Shown one piece after another: positions 58,580-64,000 of a stretch of DNA of 64,000 nucleotides (position 1 is the first letter of the stretch; every line of letters starts with the position of its first letter). A program made the position numbers and the translations under genes. Where the stretch lies: the NCBI GenBank assembly GCA_016432365.1, contig CP066686.1, forward strand, positions 192,355-256,354, written 5' to 3'. This DNA is from Candidatus Woesebacteria bacterium. GTDB taxonomy: Bacteria > Patescibacteriota > Microgenomatia > UBA8517. Under the pieces are notes generated by a model. It ran no database searches and had not been told where the DNA came from. It saw only the letters and a program-made list of their open reading frames with translations.

Positions 58580-60502
58580 ATGGGAAAAATTATAGGAATA
58601 GATCTTGGTACTACAAATAGTTGTTTAGCCGTTATGGAAGGCGGTCGCCCCGTCGTGATTTCTGCAAGTGACACTGGGCGAAACACTACACCGTCTGTTG
58701 TTGAACCGACTAAAAATTTAGTTGGAGATGTTGCCAAGAGACAGATGATTCTCAATGCTAAAAATACCGTATATTCGGCTAAAAGGCTGATGGGTAGGAG
58801 GTTCGAGGACAAAGAAGTTAAGCGCACCATAGAAATGGTTCCTTATAAAGTAGTTTCTGGTAAGGGTGGAATGGCAGATATTGAAGTAGATGGCAAGAAC
58901 TATACTCCTCAAGAAATCGCCGCAAGAGTTCTAATGAAACTCAAAAAGGATGCCGAAAAGTATTTGGGCGAGGATGTGACCCAGGCAGTCATTACTGTCC
59001 CAGCCTACTTTGACGATTCTCAAAGGCAGGCCACAAAACAAGCCGGAGAAATTGCCGGACTTAAAGTAGAAAGAATTATCAATGAGCCAACCGCGGCGGC
59101 TTTGGCCTACGGACTTGATAAAAAGAATGCTCACAAAATTGCCGTTTACGACTTGGGTGGAGGAACTTTTGATATTTCGGTATTAGAACTTGGAGATGGA
59201 GTTTTTGAAGTCAAAGCTACAAACGGAGATACCCATTTAGGTGGAGACGATTTTGATGCTGTAATAGTTGACTACATTGTCTCTGAATTCAAAAAAGAAA
59301 ATTCGGTCGACCTTAAGGCCGATTCCCAGGCCCTACAGAGAGTTCGTGATGCCGCCGAAAAAGCCAAGATAGAACTTTCCGCTGCCAACGAAGTAGAAAT
59401 TAACCAGCCTTATATAACCCAGAATAACGGCGCGCCGCTTCACCTTACAATGAAATTAACCCGCGCAAAACTTGAGAGTTTGGTTGACGATCTAATTCAA
59501 AAGACAATCAAACCTGTTGAGGCTTGTTTGAAAGATGCCAAACTTGATGCGCACGATATTGATGAGGTAATTATGGTCGGAGGAATGACCAGAATGCCCA
59601 AAGTGGTTGAGGTTGTTAAGAACTTTTTTGGAAAGGACCCGAATCAGTCAGTTAACCCCGACGAGGTCGTGGCAATCGGAGCTGCAATTCAAGGTGGAGT
59701 TTTGGGAGGCGAAGTAAAAGACATTCTTTTGCTGGACGTTACACCCTTAACTCTTGCTATCGAAACAATGGGGAATATTGCCACCCCCATGATTCCAAGG
59801 AATACCACTGTTCCAACCAGTAAAACTGAAACATTTTCTACAGCCAGCGACAATCAAACACAAGTCCAGATAGTTGTCACTCAAGGAGAACGCCCAATGA
59901 GCGCAGACAACAAGACCCTGGGTACTTTTGTTTTGGATGGAATTCCGCCCGCCCCGCGTGGAGTGCCTCAAGTTGAAGTCACCTTTGATATGGATGCCAG
60001 CGGAATTTTGACCGTCACGGCAAAAGACAAGGCGACCAACAAGACTCAAAACATTAAAATTACTGGCGCTGTTGGTTTGTCTGACGATGAAGTTAAAAGA
60101 ATGCAGGAAGAGGCGGAAAAGCATAAAGAGGAAGATGAAAAGAAAGCGGACGTTATTAAAACCAAAAATAGTGCTGATGCAATGGTGGCAACAGCAGAAA
60201 AATCACTTAAAGATGCCGGGGACAAGGTTCCTGCGGACGTAAAAGAAAAGGTTGAAGAGAAAATTAAGAAAGTAAAAGAAGTTGCAGGGAAAGAAGATGC
60301 CTCAAAAGAGGATATCGAAAGCGCAACAAAAGAGCTGTCAGAAGAATTATCTAAGATTGGGGAAGCAATGTACGCAGATAAAAATCAAAATCCAAATGTC
60401 AAAAGTCAAAATGGGGAAGAAAAGAGCGATGAATCCAAAACAGAGGAAAAATCTGACAAAAAAGATGACGCCAAAGTTGAAGAGGGCGAAGTGGTAGAAT
60501 AG
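58580..60502 (+). CDS. dnaK: Chaperone DnaK
   Basis: [23 protein letters not shown] and NPDEVVA motifs. Confidence 0.98.
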   Translation: MGKIIGIDLGTTNSCLAVMEGGRPVVISASDTGRNTTPSVVEPTKNLVGDVAKRQMILNAKNTVYSAKRLMGRRFEDKEVKRTIEMVPYKVVSGKGGMADIEVDGKNYTPQEIAARVLMKLKKDAEKYLGEDVTQAVITVPAYFDDSQRQATKQAGEIAGLKVERIINEPTAAALAYGLDKKNAHKIAVYDLGGGTFDISVLELGDGVFEVKATNGDTHLGGDDFDAVIVDYIVSEFKKENSVDLKADSQALQRVRDAAEKAKIELSAANEVEINQPYITQNNGAPLHLTMKLTRAKLESLVDDLIQKTIKPVEACLKDAKLDAHDIDEVIMVGGMTRMPKVVEVVKNFFGKDPNQSVNPDEVVAIGAAIQGGVLGGEVKDILLLDVTPLTLAIETMGNIATPMIPRNTTVPTSKTETFSTASDNQTQVQIVVTQGERPMSADNKTLGTFVLDGIPPAPRGVPQVEVTFDMDASGILTVTAKDKATNKTQNIKITGAVGLSDDEVKRMQEEAEKHKEEDEKKADVIKTKNSADAMVATAEKSLKDAGDKVPADVKEKVEEKIKKVKEVAGKEDASKEDIESATKELSEELSKIGEAMYADKNQNPNVKSQNGEEKSDESKTEEKSDKKDDAKVEEGEVVE

Positions 60503-60506
60503 CTTC

Positions 60507-61391
60507 ATGTCCACCAGCACCGATTACTACGATATATTAGGAGTCTCAAAAGGTGCTTCTGCTGACGAAATTAAAAAAGCATATCGCAAGCAGGCTTTGG
60601 AGTGGCATCCGGATAGACACAAAGATGACAAAGAAGCGGCAGAAAAAAGATTCAAAGAAATAAATGAGGCTTATCAGGTGCTTAGCGACCCAAAAAAGAA
60701 ATCAATGTTTGACCAGTATGGCAGTGCGGGTGGTCCAGCTGGGAACCCATTCGCCGGAGGAGGATCCCCGTTCGCACAAGGCTTCGGGGGACAAGGGTCT
60801 CCTTTTACCTATACTTACACTTCGGGTGGTGAAAATCCGTTTGGAAATGTTGATTTTGGCGATCCGTTTGATATTTTTGAATCATTTTTCGGTGGGGGCG
60901 GGTCACCGTTCGGCGCCCGCCAAGGTCGCAGTATCCCAAGGTATTCGATAAATCTTGACTTTATGGAGGCTGTACAGGGAGTTTCAAAAGAGGTTGACGT
61001 TGGGGGAAAGAAAAGAAAGATCAAGATACCTGCCGGTATATATGAAGGAGCGAGAATCAATTTCGGTGACTTTACGCTTTCGGTTAATATAAAGCCCGAT
61101 AAGGTTTTTGAGCGTCAGGATGATGATATCTATGTAACCGTAGGAATCCCATTCTCCCTCGCCGTACTCGGCGGTGAGATAAAAGTTCCAACTATTGAGG
61201 GTGAAATTAAAATCAAAATCCGCCAAGGGACTCAAAGTGGAGTAATGATGAGGCTTAGAGAGCAGGGTGTTCCACATTTGCACGGGCGCGGAAAAGGCGA
61301 TGAATATATCCGTATAAACGTCATTATCCCTGAAAAATTAAACAGAAATCAAAAAAGTTTGATTGAGGAGATGAAGGAAGAGGGATTGTAG
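60507..61391 (+). CDS. dnaJ: DnaJ-class chaperone lacking the zinc finger
   Basis: J domain with HPD, G/F region, C-terminal domain; no CxxCxGxG repeats. Confidence 0.88.
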   Translation: MSTSTDYYDILGVSKGASADEIKKAYRKQALEWHPDRHKDDKEAAEKRFKEINEAYQVLSDPKKKSMFDQYGSAGGPAGNPFAGGGSPFAQGFGGQGSPFTYTYTSGGENPFGNVDFGDPFDIFESFFGGGGSPFGARQGRSIPRYSINLDFMEAVQGVSKEVDVGGKKRKIKIPAGIYEGARINFGDFTLSVNIKPDKVFERQDDDIYVTVGIPFSLAVLGGEIKVPTIEGEIKIKIRQGTQSGVMMRLREQGVPHLHGRGKGDEYIRINVIIPEKLNRNQKSLIEEMKEEGL

Positions 61392-61392
61392 C

Positions 61393-62103
61393 TTATCCCA
61401 GGAAAATGCCTTCCCTCGGTACAAAAATAAGTCTTGATGCAAAACTACTTCCACCATAAGGTTCCATAAAATCGTCTTCGTAATTTATAGCTATATAGTT
61501 TTTATCGACATTCAGATTAAAAGGAAGTGCGACGATGCTTTTCTCGCCGAAAAACCTTGCATATTCAAAGGCTATATCAACGTTGTTGTCAACATCCACT
61601 CCCATTGCCCCAACATATTCGTTAAAATTAATATCTGGATCTCTCCATCCGGCAGATTTAAGTTGTCGCTCAAGCAGGATTTTTATTTGCTGCCATTTAC
61701 CCGGAAGCACAACGTAATCTTCTGCATCAATGTTGCGGTAGTTTCTTTCGGCAAAGTTTGACAGTTTTCCGTTAGGATCGTAAAGTTCGGTGACAAGGAG
61801 GTCTGATGCAACCAATCTTGTTGCTAGTCGATGGGTATCGGTCAGCGACATCCCTAAAATCTCCCTTTCGGGAAAGCCGTGAAGTTTTAATACTTTTTGG
61901 GCCATAAAATGTAACTTTGGTTTTTTGGTTTTTTCGTCACCAAAATTTGGTCCGAGAATAGTATTTATTCTTGATGAGGAATTTTTATGAAGTTCTGCTC
62001 TTCGCTGTTCAATAAATTGAACTGTCTCCCCATGCACAATTCCATTAAGTAGTTTTTCAGGTTGTATTACCGCTCTTTTTTTGGCTGATGTTTGTCTTTC
62101 CAT
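61393..62103 (-). CDS. Hypothetical protein
   Basis: ORF with TATAAT 6 nt before the ATG at 62103. Confidence 0.55.
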   Translation of the reverse strand: MERQTSAKKRAVIQPEKLLNGIVHGETVQFIEQRRAELHKNSSSRINTILGPNFGDEKTKKPKLHFMAQKVLKLHGFPEREILGMSLTDTHRLATRLVASDLLVTELYDPNGKLSNFAERNYRNIDAEDYVVLPGKWQQIKILLERQLKSAGWRDPDINFNEYVGAMGVDVDNNVDIAFEYARFFGEKSIVALPFNLNVDKNYIAINYEDDFMEPYGGSSFASRLIFVPREGIFLG

Positions 62104-62189
62104 GCCGGCATTATAATATAGGATATAAGTATTGTCAAACCTTATACTGTTAGTTGACATATAAGAATATCTGAATATAAACTTAAGAC

Positions 62190-62705
62190 GTGCCACAGGA
62201 AAACACACCATCACCAGCTGTCAGTCAGCTACAACCCCAGATTGATCCTCAGGCTGCTTCCACTGCTGGAACGGTAGTTTACGCAGGTTTTTGGGCCCGA
62301 TTTGGGGCTTCATTATTGGACGGGCTTATTATCGGTGTGGTCTCTTTTGTAATCAATCTTGTAATGGGGATTGTTACCGCGGTTGCGGGGGGTGGTTCAG
62401 CTTCTTCTGTCGTCGCAGTAGTTTCCATGGTGGTGTCATTAATATTTTTTGTACTCGAACTTGTCTACTTTATCTATTTTATAGGGGCAAAAGGGCAGAC
62501 TTTGGGTAAGATGGCACTTAAAATTAAGGTTGTAAAGGTGGGGACTACTGAGGCGCCAGGATATCTTAAGGCTTTTTTGAGGGAGGTTGTAGGAAAATTC
62601 ATATCATCTTTTGTATTCCTGCTCGGATTCTTGTGGATGCTTTGGGATAAAAATAAGCAGACGTGGCACGATAAAATCGCTGGTACTGTAGTTGTTAAAG
62701 TCTAA
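62190..62705 (+). CDS. RDD family protein
   Basis: YAGFWARF.A.LLD, GQTLGK and QTWHDKIAGT motifs. Confidence 0.9.
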   Translation: MPQENTPSPAVSQLQPQIDPQAASTAGTVVYAGFWARFGASLLDGLIIGVVSFVINLVMGIVTAVAGGGSASSVVAVVSMVVSLIFFVLELVYFIYFIGAKGQTLGKMALKIKVVKVGTTEAPGYLKAFLREVVGKFISSFVFLLGFLWMLWDKNKQTWHDKIAGTVVVKV

Positions 62706-62709
62706 CTTC

Positions 62710-63738
62710 ATGCAAAACATTGATTACGGAAAGATAATCAAGCGCTCCTGGGAGCTGACCTGGAAAAATAAATGGCTGTGGGTAATGGGACTGGTGCTGG
62801 CGGCTTTTGGCGGCGGCAGTTCCGGTGGCAGTGGTGGGGGCGGTGGTTCAAGTAGTTCCAATGTAAATATTCCCGATGCTTCTCCTAGTCCAAATCCAAC
62901 AAATATCCAAAACATACGGGAACAGACGTCATATGTTTTGGGGGAGGCCACAAATATTTTTAAAAATTGGGTTACTGGGATTCCAGTCGGAACGTGGATT
63001 CTCCTGGGGCTTCTGATTTTAATAGTTGCGGTTTTTACAACTGCCGTACTCTGGGTGCTGACGTCTTGGGCTAAAGGAGCGCTGATTGCGGGACTGAATA
63101 TGGCCGATATGGACGAGGCGGTTGATTTGAAAAAAGTTTCACCAAAAGGAATCGCCAAAATCAAAGATTTAATTATTTTCAATTTGATTTCGTTTGGTAT
63201 AACTACTGTTTTAATTTTAGGTTTAATTTTCATTATAGGAATTGGTTTTCTAATCAAGCTATTAATACCCGTGCTCGGAATTATCTGGCTAATTCTTTTT
63301 GGGATAGTTGGAGTATTGGGTTTTATTGTCGCCATGGTTCTTTTTGTTATGCTTTCTATTTATGCAGAACGATTGATAGTTCTTAAAGATTACTCTCCAT
63401 GGAAGGCCTGGAAAAAAGGCCTATCATTAAGTAAAGGTAACTTTATCCCCACTTTTGTAATGGGTATTATCAATTCGGCGATAGGTTGTGCCTCGGGTTG
63501 TGTGGGGCTTTTAATCTTAGGTCTGGCGCTTGGAATCCCCGGTTATTTTTTGATTGCGCCTTCATTTGATAACGGGTTTCATTTTCCCGGGGCCGGTCAG
63601 ATAATTGGAATCGCGATTTTGTTTTTGGTATTTGTTTCTATTAATTCATTGATTAAAGCGGTGTTTATAGTATTTAATTACGGAAATTGGAACTTGTTGT
63701 TTAAAGAAATTTTTAAGGAGGAGACAAAAGATGAATAA
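62710..63738 (+). CDS. Polytopic membrane protein
   Basis: Multiple TM helices; W...WKNK.LW..G start. Confidence 0.65.
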   Translation: MQNIDYGKIIKRSWELTWKNKWLWVMGLVLAAFGGGSSGGSGGGGGSSSSNVNIPDASPSPNPTNIQNIREQTSYVLGEATNIFKNWVTGIPVGTWILLGLLILIVAVFTTAVLWVLTSWAKGALIAGLNMADMDEAVDLKKVSPKGIAKIKDLIIFNLISFGITTVLILGLIFIIGIGFLIKLLIPVLGIIWLILFGIVGVLGFIVAMVLFVMLSIYAERLIVLKDYSPWKAWKKGLSLSKGNFIPTFVMGIINSAIGCASGCVGLLILGLALGIPGYFLIAPSFDNGFHFPGAGQIIGIAILFLVFVSINSLIKAVFIVFNYGNWNLLFKEIFKEETKDE

Positions 63739-64000
63739 TATTGCAAGCCCTTGGCAAAGACTATTGGCACGAATAATCGATGTCACATTTTCGTGGCTTT
63801 TCCCGATCTTCTTAATCAATCTTTTTTCGACTTCAACTGATACTGCCAGCATGCTTAACAATCTGTCTTTGTATTTGGTGTTACAGGTCCTGGTCTATCC
63901 TATCGTTTATATATTTTTCACCTCATTTCTTATATCTAGATTTGGTGGAACAGTGGGTAAACTGGTAATTGGAATAAAGGTTGTTCTTGCGGACGGTCAT
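63731..64000 (+). CDS. RDD family protein (partial, runs off the window)
   Basis: MNNIASPWQRLLARIID ... GGTVGKLVIGIKVV. Confidence 0.75.
   Translation, partial: MNNIASPWQRLLARIIDVTFSWLFPIFLINLFSTSTDTASMLNNLSLYLVLQVLVYPIVYIFFTSFLISRFGGTVGKLVIGIKVVLADGH

Noticed and set aside
60507-61391. DnaJ pseudogene because the zinc finger is missing
   Set aside because: The frame is intact, with J, G/F and C-terminal domains; zinc-finger-less class B J-proteins are well known.
1-64000. Alternative genetic code (TGA readthrough)
   Set aside because: Conserved genes are full length under code 11, and TGA ends several genes at the expected positions.

Overview
AT-rich bacterial chromosome segment whose gene content (rplY, short valS, tsaC-tsaE fusion, VanW, DUF4012, paired FemAB-like genes, GT-C glycosyltransferases, pilN/pilO, almost no Shine-Dalgarno sites) resembles a Patescibacteria/CPR (Microgenomates-like) genome; this placement is inference. 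Housekeeping genes include rnhA, rplY, valS, tsaD, groES/EL, tRNA-Cys, metG, rmuC, two UvrD/PcrA helicases, rpsT, murJ and hrcA-grpE-dnaK-dnaJ, with two CIRCE operators. The unexplained signal is small-scale DNA structure. (1) A GT2 glycosyltransferase gene is bracketed by recoded duplicates of its own first 8 and last 9 codons, each separated from the gene by a hairpin; a similar duplication-plus-hairpin follows tRNA-Cys. (2) A four-helix-bundle (IVS/Avd-like) gene is looped out by long inverted repeats. 'Empty' hairpins of related style and about 20 degenerate 7-mer tracts occur across the window, many in frame inside conserved proteins. (3) A ~26-bp palindrome family sits in frame inside metG, uvrD, a femAB-like gene and dnaJ. 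(4) A ~96-bp IS200/IS605-derived miniature element follows groEL. (5) GroES carries a four-cysteine roof loop. All calls come from reading the sequence; no searches were run.
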